37,951 bases of DNA from the NCBI GenBank assembly GCA_030044595.1, contig JASHVM010000052.1, positions 1 through 37,951 on the forward strand. The letters run 5' to 3'. Source of the stretch: Streptosporangiaceae bacterium. GTDB lineage: Bacteria > Actinomycetota > Actinomycetes > Streptosporangiales > Streptosporangiaceae. The notes beneath the pieces are model-generated. The model did no database searches and was not told the DNA's origin. It saw only the letters and a program-made list of their open reading frames with translations. The position numbers were made by a program, and so were the translations under genes. Positions 8,016 to 17,527 of this stretch are shown piece after piece (the first letter of the stretch is position 1; every line of letters begins with the position of its first letter).

Positions 8016-8671
8016 GATTTGACCGTGCGGCGATGGCAACCCATCCGTCATACCTGACGGGCAGCCCCGGCTGCCACTGGCTGATGCTGGCCGCGGAGAC
8101 GGCCGGCCTGGTGAACGGCCGCTGGCGGCCAGACCAGGTCCGCGAAACCCGAGCCTGCCGCCCCCGGATCGCTACGCGCATGCTCGGCGCGGACGCCGGG
8201 TCGGTCCGCGCAGGCCGGGATTTCACGGTCGCCACCTTGCGCCGGTGGGGCACGGCAGAACGCAGCCAAGATATCGCGATCGTCGTGTCCGAGCTGCTGA
8301 CTAACGCGCTACGGCACGGCGTGCCGCTGTCCGGCGGTGATCGGCTCCGGCAGCCGATCCGGCTCGGCCTGCTGGACCCCGGATCATTCGTGCTGTGCGC
8401 GGTCGCGGACCCCAGCAAGGCGGCGCCGGTACCGCAAACGCCAGGTTCCCTCGCTGAGACTGGTCGCGGGCTGAACATCATCTGCGCGCTGAGCGACCAA
8501 TGGGGCTACACGACCACGACCGACGCGGGAAAGGTGGTATGGGCCGTGTTCACACCGCGGCTCACGCTGCCTGCACGGTACCCGGGCAGGCTGGCCGAAG
8601 AGCGGATCCCGGAACCGCGCGCTGACGACGGGCGGGCGGTCAGCTGCGCTGCGCGCGGATCTGGCGCTTGA
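8012..8671 (+). CDS. ATP-binding protein of the RsbW/SpoIIAB anti-sigma-factor (HATPase_c) type
   Basis: It has the N-box VVSELLTNALRHG and the G-box-like ETGRGLNIICALSDQWGY. The GTG at 8012 overlaps the upstream stop (GTGA, 8012-8015). An alternative in-frame ATG lies at 8033. The 3' end overlaps the convergent sufE-like gene by about 30 nt. Confidence 0.75.
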   Translation: MRFDRAAMATHPSYLTGSPGCHWLMLAAETAGLVNGRWRPDQVRETRACRPRIATRMLGADAGSVRAGRDFTVATLRRWGTAERSQDIAIVVSELLTNALRHGVPLSGGDRLRQPIRLGLLDPGSFVLCAVADPSKAAPVPQTPGSLAETGRGLNIICALSDQWGYTTTTDAGKVVWAVFTPRLTLPARYPGRLAEERIPEPRADDGRAVSCAARGSGA

Positions 8672-9077
8672 TCCGGGCGAGCATCGCGGCCATGCCACGC
8701 AGCCGAAGCGGGCTGACCAGCTCCTGCAGCCCGAGCTGACTGGAGAATTCGGCGGGCGTGGCCAGGACCTCGTCGGCACTGAGCCCGTCCAGCCCGGCAT
8801 GCAGGATCGCGGCGAAGCCGCGGGTCGTCGGCGCTTCCGGCGGCGCGTCGAAAAACAGGTGGACGGTCGAGTCGGGCTCGACCTCGACCGCCAGGAAAAG
8901 CGGCGTCTGGCATTCGGGTACCGGCTCCAGCAGGTCGTGGTGCTCGGCGTAGCGGCCGGGCAGAGCGGGGAGCTCGCGAGAGAGTTCTAGCAGCAGCTGC
9001 AGCCGGTCCTGGCTCGGCGTGTCGTTGAATTCATCGGCGATTTCCTGCAGCCGGGGATGGAGCGTGGCAGCGGTCAC
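8640..9077 (-). CDS. sufE: SufE-like cysteine desulfuration / sulfur acceptor protein
   Basis: It shows SufE-type sequence (LQEIADEF...[14 protein letters not shown]...[10 protein letters not shown] with the conserved Cys...[22 protein letters not shown]). The GTG start at 9077 forms a GTGA overlap with the rhodanese stop. Confidence 0.8.
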   Translation of the reverse strand: MTAATLHPRLQEIADEFNDTPSQDRLQLLLELSRELPALPGRYAEHHDLLEPVPECQTPLFLAVEVEPDSTVHLFFDAPPEAPTTRGFAAILHAGLDGLSADEVLATPAEFSSQLGLQELVSPLRLRGMAAMLARIKRQIRAQRS

Positions 9078-9973
9078 GGGCTGTCCCCGCGGGTGATCGG
9101 GACCCGGACGCTGTTTCCCCACTCCGTCCACGACCCGTCGTAGTTGCGCACGTGCGGGTAGCCGAGCAGGTAATGGAGCACGAACCAGGTATGGCTGGAC
9201 CGCTCGCCGATACGGCAGTAAACGATGACGTCGTCCTCGGGGCGCAGGCCCGCCTCACCGGCGTAGATCGCCTCGAGTTCGGCACGCGTCCGGAAGGTAC
9301 CATCCTCAGCGGCGGCGCGGGCCCAGGGCACGCTCTTGGCGCCAGGGATATGGCCACCGCGCACGGCGCCCTCCTGCGGGTAGTCGGGCATGTGGAGCAG
9401 CTCGCCGGTGTACTCGCCGGGTGACCGCACGTCGATCAGCGGCTGGCCCAGGTGGACCAGGACCTGATCCTGGAACGCGCGAATGTGCTGGTCGTCGCGG
9501 TCGACGACCGGGTAGTCGGTCGGCGGCCGCTTGGGGGTGTCCGTGCTGAGCGGGCGGCCTTCGGCGATCCACTTGGCCCGGCCGCCGTCCATCAGGCGCA
9601 GGTCGGGGTGCCCGAACAGGGAGCAGACCCACAGCGCATAAGCCGCCCACCAGTTGTTCCTGTCGCCGTAGAGAACGAGCGTGGTGTCCCGGCTGATCCC
9701 CTTGTCCGACATCAGCCGGGCAAAGCCGGCCCCGTCGACGTAGTCGCGGGTGACCGGGTCGTTGAGCTCGGTGTGCCAGTCAAGCTTGACCGCGCCGGGG
9801 ACGTGGCCGGTCTCGTACAGCAGCACATCCTCGTCCGACTCGGCCACCACTAGGCCGGGGTCGTCCAGGTGCTCGGCCACCCATTCCGTGGTGACGATCA
9901 TCTCCGGGTGGGCGTACTCCCGGAACTTAGCTGCGGAATCATATGGCAGCGCCACGGTCAGCTCCATTTCCAC
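9074..9973 (-). CDS. Thiosulfate sulfurtransferase (tandem rhodanese, SseA/CysA-like)
   Basis: It has two rhodanese repeats. The active-site loop is [15 protein letters not shown], with [13 protein letters not shown] and YDGSWTEWG. Confidence 0.9.
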   Translation of the reverse strand: MEMELTVALPYDSAAKFREYAHPEMIVTTEWVAEHLDDPGLVVAESDEDVLLYETGHVPGAVKLDWHTELNDPVTRDYVDGAGFARLMSDKGISRDTTLVLYGDRNNWWAAYALWVCSLFGHPDLRLMDGGRAKWIAEGRPLSTDTPKRPPTDYPVVDRDDQHIRAFQDQVLVHLGQPLIDVRSPGEYTGELLHMPDYPQEGAVRGGHIPGAKSVPWARAAAEDGTFRTRAELEAIYAGEAGLRPEDDVIVYCRIGERSSHTWFVLHYLLGYPHVRNYDGSWTEWGNSVRVPITRGDSP

Positions 9974-10085
9974 TCGCGACCGGCCTCCGGCGCGGCGCAG
10001 GAGGCCTCAATCATCCCACGCACTGTAACGCAGCGGACTGGTGCCGCCTTCCCCGGTTCTGCCGCCGTGAACCCGCCCGCGCCCG

Positions 10086-10643
10086 CTACTTCTGTTCCAG
10101 AACGCGACGCTTGGCTGCCTCATAGTCAGCATCGGAAAGCACGCCCTGGTCGTGCAGCCGGGCGAGGTCACGCAACTGCGAGATCCAGGATGCCTGGTCC
10201 TCCGCGGGCGCGGGCTGGGCCGGGGCGGCTGATCCGACCGTAGCGGCAGGCGGGGACGAAACGGCTGGGCGGACGTACGCCGAGGCCCCGGGGCTTGATG
10301 GGATCAGCGTCGCGGGATTCAGTCCGAGCTGGCGCCAGAACCGGTCGACCTGAGCCATGTACTGGGCTTCGGTGAGCCGTCCGGCGCGAAACGACGCGTT
10401 CGCGCCGGACATCGACCTTATGTGAGGCAGTTGGGCGCGGCTGAGCTGCAGGCCCCTGCTGCAGATGGGGCACATCAGGTAATCGTCCGTGCCGTAGGGC
10501 ACGACGGGCACGAAGTACAGGCTCACCGACTTCTTCGACCGGACGTGGTGAAGGAACACCTGGTTGCGACAGTTCGGACATACGCAGGGCGCCACCTCGC
10601 CGAGGTCCTCTGCTTTGCCCGGCCCGAAGCCGAAAATCACCAT
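10086..10643 (-). CDS. Zinc-ribbon protein with a C-terminal SHOCT domain
   Basis: The N-terminus has CVCPNC...CPIC (four Cys). A Pro/Ala/Ser linker follows. The C-terminus ISQLRDLARLHDQGVLSDADYEAAKRRVL is a typical SHOCT motif. Confidence 0.7.
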   Translation of the reverse strand: MVIFGFGPGKAEDLGEVAPCVCPNCRNQVFLHHVRSKKSVSLYFVPVVPYGTDDYLMCPICSRGLQLSRAQLPHIRSMSGANASFRAGRLTEAQYMAQVDRFWRQLGLNPATLIPSSPGASAYVRPAVSSPPAATVGSAAPAQPAPAEDQASWISQLRDLARLHDQGVLSDADYEAAKRRVLEQK

Positions 10644-10805
10644 GTCGTCATTGAAGCAAAGACGCGCCCGGGCATCGAGGAAGGCTGCGGCGGTTCCTCC
10701 TTCGACGGCTTGTGCTTAACGCGCAGTCAGCACATTGCCTTCCACGGCGAGCTCATAGCCAGATCACACTTCCGCGGGATGCGCTTGGGGTGGCTGACGC
10801 CCTGG

Positions 10806-11348
10806 CTAGGCGGTCTCCTCCATCTCGGTGCGATGCCCGGCGGCCCGGAGGCGGGTGAGCGTGGCCGCGAACTGGCGCAGGGTCCGCTCCGGCACCGCGG
10901 CCCCGAGCCGGATTTGCAGTTCCTCGTCAAAGGCCACCCCGGCCTCACCGAGAAGGCGCCGGCCTTCTGGAGTCAGCTCCAGCAGCGACGATCGCCGGTC
11001 GGCCGGGTTCGGCAGCCTGCGGCAGTAGCCGTTCGCCTCGATCCGGTCGATCAGCTTGCTCGTGCCGCCGGTCGTGATGCCCAGCTCGTGCGCGATGTCG
11101 TAGACCCGGCAGCCCGAGAGCCTGTCGATCACGGACATGGGCTCGAAATGCGTCAGCGGCAGGTCGAATTCGCTCTTCAACCTGGCGTCAATCGCATTCC
11201 AGATCTCGATCTCAAATCGGATTATGTCGTTGAACAGGCGCCTCAGGTCCGACACCAGCCTCACCTCCCCATGCGCCTCCAGCTTAACGCCCAGCGAAAG
11301 TAACTTCCACTTAGGAAGATTCTCCGGAAGCGGCAGAGTACGGGCCAC
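10806..11348 (-). CDS. MarR family transcriptional regulator
   Basis: It has a winged-HTH region VYDIAHELGITTGGTSKLIDRIEANGYCRRLPNPADRRSSLLELTPEGRRLL. It lies 18 nt downstream of the membrane protein gene on the same strand. Confidence 0.85.
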   Translation of the reverse strand: MARTLPLPENLPKWKLLSLGVKLEAHGEVRLVSDLRRLFNDIIRFEIEIWNAIDARLKSEFDLPLTHFEPMSVIDRLSGCRVYDIAHELGITTGGTSKLIDRIEANGYCRRLPNPADRRSSLLELTPEGRRLLGEAGVAFDEELQIRLGAAVPERTLRQFAATLTRLRAAGHRTEMEETA

Positions 11349-11365
11349 AGACCCGGCCGAGGCGG

Positions 11366-12001
11366 TCAGGTAACCCCGGGGCTGTCGCCGGTCATGGCGG
11401 TCGCGACGTAAGAGCTCAGGACGACCGGAGTGAGCCGTCTATGTTCGTAACGCAGGCTGAGCGCCAGCAGGACGACGCCGGCGGCCGCGCCGATCCCGGC
11501 GGCGGCGGGCAGCGGTGCCTTGAAGGCCAGGTCGCACAGCAGCGCGACGATGGCCCCGGCTACGACGCAGTTGACCACGATGACCATGCTGGCCATGGTG
11601 AACACGAACGACCAACGGCCGTAACGCACGCCCTGCCCAGCAGGCGAGTCGTCCGTCCCGAAATAGGGCGGGGCAGTCGGGGCCAGGGCGGCGTAGTACT
11701 GCTTGATCAGCTCCATCCTGCGCAGCGACACGATGTTGGACACGCTGGTATCGATCAGCCGAACGATGGTGAACCAGCCGAGCACGAACACGGTGGGCAG
11801 GACCGTGAAGGCCAGCGAGGCAAACGCTCTCGGCGAGGAACTGGCGAACCCGATCGCCACCAGCCCGCTGGCCAGCGAGGACAGGTAGATGCTGACCCGG
11901 CTGCCGCTCTCGCTGATGGTCGAGCTGGCGGTGGACTGCAGCACGAAGTACTCGGTGCCCAGCGCGCTGATGAACTCCGGCGGTGGTTTGTCGTTAGCCA
12001 T
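11366..12001 (-). CDS. Hypothetical integral membrane protein
   Basis: It has several long hydrophobic segments (LVAIGFASS, VLPTVFVLGWFTIV, FVFTMASMVIVVNCVVAGAIVALL, AAGIGAAAGVVLLAL). I chose the start at the ATG on 12001 (MANDKPPPEF). Confidence 0.6.
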   Translation of the reverse strand: MANDKPPPEFISALGTEYFVLQSTASSTISESGSRVSIYLSSLASGLVAIGFASSSPRAFASLAFTVLPTVFVLGWFTIVRLIDTSVSNIVSLRRMELIKQYYAALAPTAPPYFGTDDSPAGQGVRYGRWSFVFTMASMVIVVNCVVAGAIVALLCDLAFKAPLPAAAGIGAAAGVVLLALSLRYEHRRLTPVVLSSYVATAMTGDSPGVT

Positions 12002-12157
12002 CGCGATCCTCACTCTCGGTGTCCTGCAGGTCCCGGCGGGCAGCTGCCACCTTCCTTGCGGCGGGCGATATACCTTCCAGAGAAGTAATAAACCAGAATT
12101 ATACTTTCGCAGAAATGATATGGTAGCCTCGTGCAGGCGCCGGGAAGGTGATCTCTG

Positions 12158-13192
12158 ATGAGCGCGGACGCGTCACTCCCAGCAGCCGCAGTTCCGGGGC
12201 TGAGGCGCAGTGACCCGCACGGTCCCGGGATCACCCGCGAGCGGGCCAGCGAAGGTTTCCGGTACCGGGATCCCTCGGGCGCGATCGTTGCGAGTGCCGA
12301 CACATTGCAGCGCATCGGTGCGCTCGTCATCCCGCCGGGCTGGAAGGACGTCTGGATCTCTCCGGACCCGCTCGGTCACATCCAGGCCACGGGCGTCGAC
12401 AGCCGGGGCAGGACCCAGTATCGCTACCACCAGTTGTGGCGAGAGCAGCGCGACGCCCAGAAGTTCGCGCACATGCTCCGGTTCGCCGACGCGCTGCCCA
12501 CGCTAAGGGCGGCCACCCTGCACGACCTGGGTGGCCGGCGCCTCGATCGTGATCGCGTGGCGGCCGGCGCCGTCCGGCTGATTGACCTCGGCCTGTTCCG
12601 CATCGGTGGGGAGAAGTACGCGGAACTGGACCACCACTACGGCGCGACGACGCTGCAGAAGCACGACGTGAAGGTCACGCGTGATGGCATCATGTTCGAC
12701 TACATCGCCAAGGAGGGCAAGCGCCGAACGATCGAGGTCAGCGACGAAGCGGTCCGGCCGACCGTACGTGCGCTGGTCCGCAGCGGCAACAGCCTGGACT
12801 CGCTGTTCAGTTATCGGGATGGCGGCACATGGCGGCCTCTGCACTCCTACCAGGTGAGCAGCTACATCGCCGAGCACGCTGGCGGCCACTTCACCGCCAA
12901 GGAGTTCCGCACCTGGAACGCCACCGTGCTGATGGCACTGCAGCTCGCGAACGCGAACCCGTCGCCGACCGCCAGGAGCCGTAAGAACGCCATCACCGCC
13001 GGCCTCCGCGGCGTCGCGGAGTGGCTGGGAGATACCCCTGCGGTGGCGCGCAAGTCCTACATCGATCCCCGGCTGATCAGCCGGTACGAGGCCGACGGGC
13101 GGCTGCCCACGATTCCCGTGTTGCCCGCCGTGCTCCCCGCCGCCGCGGAAGCCGAAATCGCGCTCGCCGCGCTGCTCGCGGGCGAGAGCTGA
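12158..13192 (+). CDS. DNA topoisomerase IB (bacterial poxvirus-like type)
   Basis: It carries FRYRDPSG, IPPGWKDVWISPDP, GHIQATGVDSRGRTQYRYH, FTAKEFRTWNATV and the catalytic-Tyr region ARKSYIDPRL. Confidence 0.88.
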   Translation: MSADASLPAAAVPGLRRSDPHGPGITRERASEGFRYRDPSGAIVASADTLQRIGALVIPPGWKDVWISPDPLGHIQATGVDSRGRTQYRYHQLWREQRDAQKFAHMLRFADALPTLRAATLHDLGGRRLDRDRVAAGAVRLIDLGLFRIGGEKYAELDHHYGATTLQKHDVKVTRDGIMFDYIAKEGKRRTIEVSDEAVRPTVRALVRSGNSLDSLFSYRDGGTWRPLHSYQVSSYIAEHAGGHFTAKEFRTWNATVLMALQLANANPSPTARSRKNAITAGLRGVAEWLGDTPAVARKSYIDPRLISRYEADGRLPTIPVLPAVLPAAAEAEIALAALLAGES

Positions 13193-13208
13193 CCGGTCCG
13201 GCCTGCCG

Positions 13209-13850
13209 CTACGCGCCGCGCTTGGCCCGGGCGACGTTCGCCGTCAGCTCGGCGAGATTCTGATGGACGACGAACGCGGGCTGGCCGGCGTCGACCCGCC
13301 AGCTTTCGTCGAGGCCGCCGATATCAAGCGCGTCAAAGCCGAACTCGTTGTAGAGGTTCGCGGCCAGCTGCTTGGCCGCCGGGTCGTCTCCGGCGAGCGC
13401 GAGCGCCCGGCGCTTCGGGTCACCCGGCGGGTGGCCATCGCCCGACATCTCCCCGGCGTTGATCATGCTGAAGGCGCGCACGACCCGGCTGGTGGGCAGG
13501 TGGGCCTGCAAGAGCCCGGGCACCGTGGTCCTCCCGTCGTCGATCTCGGGGAAGTGGCCATCCCGCTGGGGGAAGTAGTTGATGGTAGCGAGGATGACCT
13601 TGCCCGCGAGCGGCTCGACGGGCACCTGGTCGATGGTCGTGATCGGGATGGCGACGATCGCGAAGTCACCCGCGGCGGCCGCCTCGGCAGGCGTTGCCGC
13701 GCTGGCGTGCGGCCCGAGGTCCTCGACCAGGCCGGCGAGCGTGTCGGGTCCCTGGGAGTTGCTGAGTACGACGTCATACCCGTGGGCGATCGCCGCCTGG
13801 GCCAGGTTGCTGCCGACGTGCCCGCTGCCGATGATTCCGATGGTCGTCAT
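13209..13850 (-). CDS. NADPH-dependent F420 reductase-like / NADP oxidoreductase (F420_oxidored family)
   Basis: The ATG at 13850 gives MTTIGIIGSGHVGSNLAQAAIAHGYDVVLSN, a dinucleotide-binding fold typical of the family. The longer track ORF adds 20 implausible codons. Confidence 0.75.
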   Translation of the reverse strand: MTTIGIIGSGHVGSNLAQAAIAHGYDVVLSNSQGPDTLAGLVEDLGPHASAATPAEAAAAGDFAIVAIPITTIDQVPVEPLAGKVILATINYFPQRDGHFPEIDDGRTTVPGLLQAHLPTSRVVRAFSMINAGEMSGDGHPPGDPKRRALALAGDDPAAKQLAANLYNEFGFDALDIGGLDESWRVDAGQPAFVVHQNLAELTANVARAKRGA

Positions 13851-14033
13851 GATCGTGTCCTTCCTCAGCGCTCTTCCTCCCCGCCACTGGCACAGCGCGC
13901 AAGATACCAATAGACTGCCAAGGAAGCTATGTTATCAGAACCAATATCTGCGGAAACGACTTCGGTGGAAGCGCGGCGGGCGCGACCGTCCGGTCGGGGG
14001 CCTCCGGGCCAGGACGGCCAGAAGGGAAGCAGC

Positions 14034-14984
14034 ATGAGCGTCAAGGCTCGCACGTGGGTCGCCGTCGAGTTCGGCGGCGCCGGGGCGCTGCGGAAGATCG
14101 AGGTCGACGTGCCGGACGCGACCCATGGCCACGTCACCATCGGCGTGCGCGGCGTGGGAATGAATCCTGCCGACGCCAAGCACATAGCGCCGGGGCAAGA
14201 TGCCAAGCTGCTTCCGCTGTCGATCGGCTTCGAGGTGGCCGGCGTCGTGACGGCGCTGGGGCCTGAGACCGAGCTCGCATCCGGCGGCGGCGCGGTCGGG
14301 GATGAGGTCGTCGCCTCGCAGGTCACCGGCGGCTACACCACCGCGATCACGGCGCCGGCTTCTAGCGTGTTCGCCAAGCCGACCACGCTCAGCTTCGCCG
14401 AAGCCGCCAACCTCCTGCTGGTGGGGACGACCGCGGCCGACTTGCTGCATGTTTCCGGGGCTCGGGAAGGCGAGACGGTGCTGCTGCACGGGGCGGCGGG
14501 AGCCGTCGGCAACAGCTTTCTCCAGCAAGCCCGGCGCCTCGGCGTGCGCGTGGTGGGCACCGCGAGCAAGGAGAATTTCGACGTCGTCCGGCGGTTCGGC
14601 GGGACGCCCGTCGAGTACGGACCCGGACTGCTCGAGCGGGTCCGGGCGGCCGCCCCGGAAGGAATCGCGGCCGCGCTGGACACCGTCGGCAGCGACGAGG
14701 CGGGCGACGTGTCGCTGGCTCTGGTGCCGGACCGCAGGCGAGTGATCACGATCGCCGCTGGCCCGCGGGCCAAGGCGGACGGGTACATCTTCGTAGGCGC
14801 GTCGAACCCCGAGAGCGGACCCTTCCGCGCGCGCGCCCGCAGCCGGATCCTGGCGATCGCTCAGGCTGGTGACCTGGTCGTGCCGATGGCTCAGACGTTC
14901 AAGTTCGAGGATGCTCCGGCCGCGTTCGAGCTGCTGACCAGCCCGCATCCACCCGGCAAGATCGCCCTGGTAAACGAGGACTGA
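14034..14984 (+). CDS. NADPH:quinone oxidoreductase-like MDR (zeta-crystallin type)
   Basis: GAAGGGA precedes the ATG at 14034. Characteristic segments are GVGMNPADAK, VLLHGAAGAVGNSFLQQARRLGVRVVGTAS and the C-terminal PPGKIAL. Confidence 0.85.
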   Translation: MSVKARTWVAVEFGGAGALRKIEVDVPDATHGHVTIGVRGVGMNPADAKHIAPGQDAKLLPLSIGFEVAGVVTALGPETELASGGGAVGDEVVASQVTGGYTTAITAPASSVFAKPTTLSFAEAANLLLVGTTAADLLHVSGAREGETVLLHGAAGAVGNSFLQQARRLGVRVVGTASKENFDVVRRFGGTPVEYGPGLLERVRAAAPEGIAAALDTVGSDEAGDVSLALVPDRRRVITIAAGPRAKADGYIFVGASNPESGPFRARARSRILAIAQAGDLVVPMAQTFKFEDAPAAFELLTSPHPPGKIALVNED

Positions 14985-15062
14985 AGCCAGATGCGGACCT
15001 GGTTTCATTGACGCGGTCCGAGGTGGCGCGGGCCGGGCCGGCTGCGTAGCTAGGCTGCGGGT

Positions 15063-15938
15063 ATGGGCCAGATCCTGATCGGCACGGCGTCGTGGACCGA
15101 CAGGACGCTGATCGCCTCCGGCTGGTACCCGCCGGAGGCCAGCACGCCGGAGAAGCGGCTGAGGTTCTACGCCCGCCAGTTCCCGCTGGTCGAGGTCGAC
15201 GCGACGTACTACGCGCTGCCCGCCGAGCAGACCGCCACCACCTGGACCGAGCGGACCCCGGCGGGATTCACGTTCAACATCAAGGCGTTCAGCCTGTTCA
15301 CCCAGCACCCCACGCCGGTCAAGGCGTTCCCGGCCGACCTGCGCGAAGCGGCGAGCAAGACCGGCAAGGACCGGGTGTACCTCAAGGACGTTGACCAGGC
15401 GGTGGCCGATCAGGCCTGGGACCGGTTCCTGACCGCGCTCGAGCCGGTGAACCGGGCCGGGAAGCTCGGCGCGATCCTGCTGCAGTTCCCGCCCTGGTTC
15501 CCCATCTCCCGCGCGAACAAGGACTACATCGTGGCGTGCGCGCAGCGGGCCGCGCCGCGCCGGGTGTGCGTGGAGTTCCGCAACCGGACCTGGATGACCG
15601 AGGACAACCAGCAGGAAACCCTCGGCTTCCTGGCCGCTCAGCAGGTGCCGTACGTGTGCGTGGACATGCCGCAGGGCTACCCCAGCTCCATTCCGCCGGT
15701 CCTGGCCGCCACCAGTGACCTGGCGGTGGTCCGCATGCACGGCCACTCCGACAAGTGGAACAGCAAGGACATCTACGAGCGGTTCGGCTACCTCTACAGC
15801 GACGAGGAGCTGAACGAGTGGGCGCCCAAGATCCGCGGCCTGGCCGAGGACGCCGAGGTGACGCAGGTCTTGTTCAACAACTGTTACAGCAACTATGCCC
15901 AGGTCAACGCGCAGCAGCTCGCCGCGCTGGTCGGCTGA
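15063..15938 (+). CDS. DUF72 (UPF0759) family protein
   Basis: Characteristic segments are IGTASWTD, FYARQFPLVEVDATYYALP, FTFNIKAF, ILLQFPPWF and AVVRMHG. Confidence 0.85.
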   Translation: MGQILIGTASWTDRTLIASGWYPPEASTPEKRLRFYARQFPLVEVDATYYALPAEQTATTWTERTPAGFTFNIKAFSLFTQHPTPVKAFPADLREAASKTGKDRVYLKDVDQAVADQAWDRFLTALEPVNRAGKLGAILLQFPPWFPISRANKDYIVACAQRAAPRRVCVEFRNRTWMTEDNQQETLGFLAAQQVPYVCVDMPQGYPSSIPPVLAATSDLAVVRMHGHSDKWNSKDIYERFGYLYSDEELNEWAPKIRGLAEDAEVTQVLFNNCYSNYAQVNAQQLAALVG

Positions 15939-15946
15939 GCCCGGCG

Positions 15947-17527
15947 TCAGGCCGTGGCGGCGATCATCGCGGCCGCCTTTTCGCCCACCATCACCGTCGG
16001 GGCGTTGGTATTGCCGTGCGGGATAACGGGGAACACCGACGCGTCAGCGACCCGCAGCCGCTGCACGCCGTGCACCCGTAGCTGTGGATCCACCACTCCG
16101 CTGGACTCGGTGCCGATCCGGGCGGTGCAGGCCGGGTGGTAGGTGTGCTCGACCTCGCGCCGGATGACCTTGTCGAGGGCCTGACGAGATGACGTGTCGC
16201 CGCCCGGGTGGATCTCACGGCCGACGAGCCCGCGAAGCGGCTCGGACGCGACGACCTGCCGGACCCGCTCGACGGCGGCGATCATCGCCTGCATGTCCTC
16301 GGGCTCTTTGAGGTAGTTGGCGGTGATCGCCGGCCTGTCCTTCGGGTCGCTGCTGCGCAACCGGACGTGGCCGGTACTCTGCGCTCCGACCAGCGAGCAG
16401 CCGATCCCCACCGCGGGAGCCGGGTAGGTGCGGAAGCCATGATCGTAGAAGTACCCGGGCGCGCAGATGTACTGCATGTCCGGGGCCGCGTCACCGGAGC
16501 GGGTGTGGAAGAACGCGCCCGCTTCGCCGATGTTGGAGGTCAGCAGCCCGGTCCGGCGGGTCAGGTAGGTCAGCAGCCACTTGGGTGATTCGGCCTCATG
16601 CAACGTTCCCTTGGCGGTGGCCTCCACGTTGACCAGGAACATCGGATGGTCCATGTAATGGTCGCCCACGTTGGGGTTGTCCACGATCACGCTGACGCCG
16701 TGCTCGGCCAGGTGATCGGCGGGACCGACACCGGAGAGCATCAGCAGCTGGGGAGTGTTGATCGCCCCCGCAGAAACGATGACCTCCCTGGTGGCCCTGA
16801 TGAACCCGACCTGGCCGTCCCGCTCGGCTTCGACGCCGACTGCGGCGCCGTTATCGATCCGCACCCTGAGCACCAGCGTGTTGGTCAGGACGCTGAAGTT
16901 ACCGCGCTTGCGGGCCGGCTTGATGTAGCCGTCGGCGGTTGTCCACCGCATCCCCCTGCGCTGGGTCACCTGGTACAGGCCCGTGCCGAGCTGATCGGCC
17001 CCGTTGAAGTCGTCGTTCGCCTCCAGGCCGGTGGCGGCGATCGCCTCGACGAGCTTGAGGCTCATCGCGTTCGGGGACCGGAGGTCCTGGACGTAAAGCG
17101 GACCGTTGTCGCCGTGGTATTCGTCGGCGCCGCGGGAGTTGTTCTCCGACTTGCGGAACAGCGGGAGCACGTCCGCGTACGACCATCCGGCGGCCCCGTC
17201 CTTGGCCCAGGTGTCGTAGTCGGCCTTGTTACCGCGGATGTAGATCATGGCGTTCATCGACGAGCAGCCGCCGAGCATCTTGGCTCTCGGCATGAAGATC
17301 CTCCGCCCGCCCAGGTACTGCTCGGGCTCGGAGAAGTAGGCCCAGTCCAGCTTGGTCTTGAACTGCTTGGAAAACGCCGCGGGCACTTGCACGTTCATAT
17401 GCCTGTGGCTGCCGCCGGCCTCGATGAGCAGCACCTTGTTGTCGGGTGATTCCGACAGCCGGGCGGCCACGACTGCGCCAGCCGAGCCCGCGCCCACCAC
17501 GATGTAGTCGAAGGAAGTCATGGTCAT
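15947..17527 (-). CDS. GMC family FAD oxidoreductase (choline/alcohol dehydrogenase-like)
   Basis: The ATG at 17527 (ATGA overlap with the ALDH stop) gives MTMTSFDYIVVGAGSAGAVVAARLSESPDNKVLLIEAGG. The C-terminal part has the GMC signature HPACTARIG...VADASVFP. The upstream 104 codons of the track ORF overlap the ALDH gene. Confidence 0.9.
   Translation of the reverse strand: MTMTSFDYIVVGAGSAGAVVAARLSESPDNKVLLIEAGGSHRHMNVQVPAAFSKQFKTKLDWAYFSEPEQYLGGRRIFMPRAKMLGGCSSMNAMIYIRGNKADYDTWAKDGAAGWSYADVLPLFRKSENNSRGADEYHGDNGPLYVQDLRSPNAMSLKLVEAIAATGLEANDDFNGADQLGTGLYQVTQRRGMRWTTADGYIKPARKRGNFSVLTNTLVLRVRIDNGAAVGVEAERDGQVGFIRATREVIVSAGAINTPQLLMLSGVGPADHLAEHGVSVIVDNPNVGDHYMDHPMFLVNVEATAKGTLHEAESPKWLLTYLTRRTGLLTSNIGEAGAFFHTRSGDAAPDMQYICAPGYFYDHGFRTYPAPAVGIGCSLVGAQSTGHVRLRSSDPKDRPAITANYLKEPEDMQAMIAAVERVRQVVASEPLRGLVGREIHPGGDTSSRQALDKVIRREVEHTYHPACTARIGTESSGVVDPQLRVHGVQRLRVADASVFPVIPHGNTNAPTVMVGEKAAAMIAATA

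Noticed and set aside
13935-15746. 603-aa minus-strand ORF
   Set aside because: It is antisense to the quinone oxidoreductase and DUF72 genes and runs through their intergenic gap. Its composition is junk and it has no motifs.
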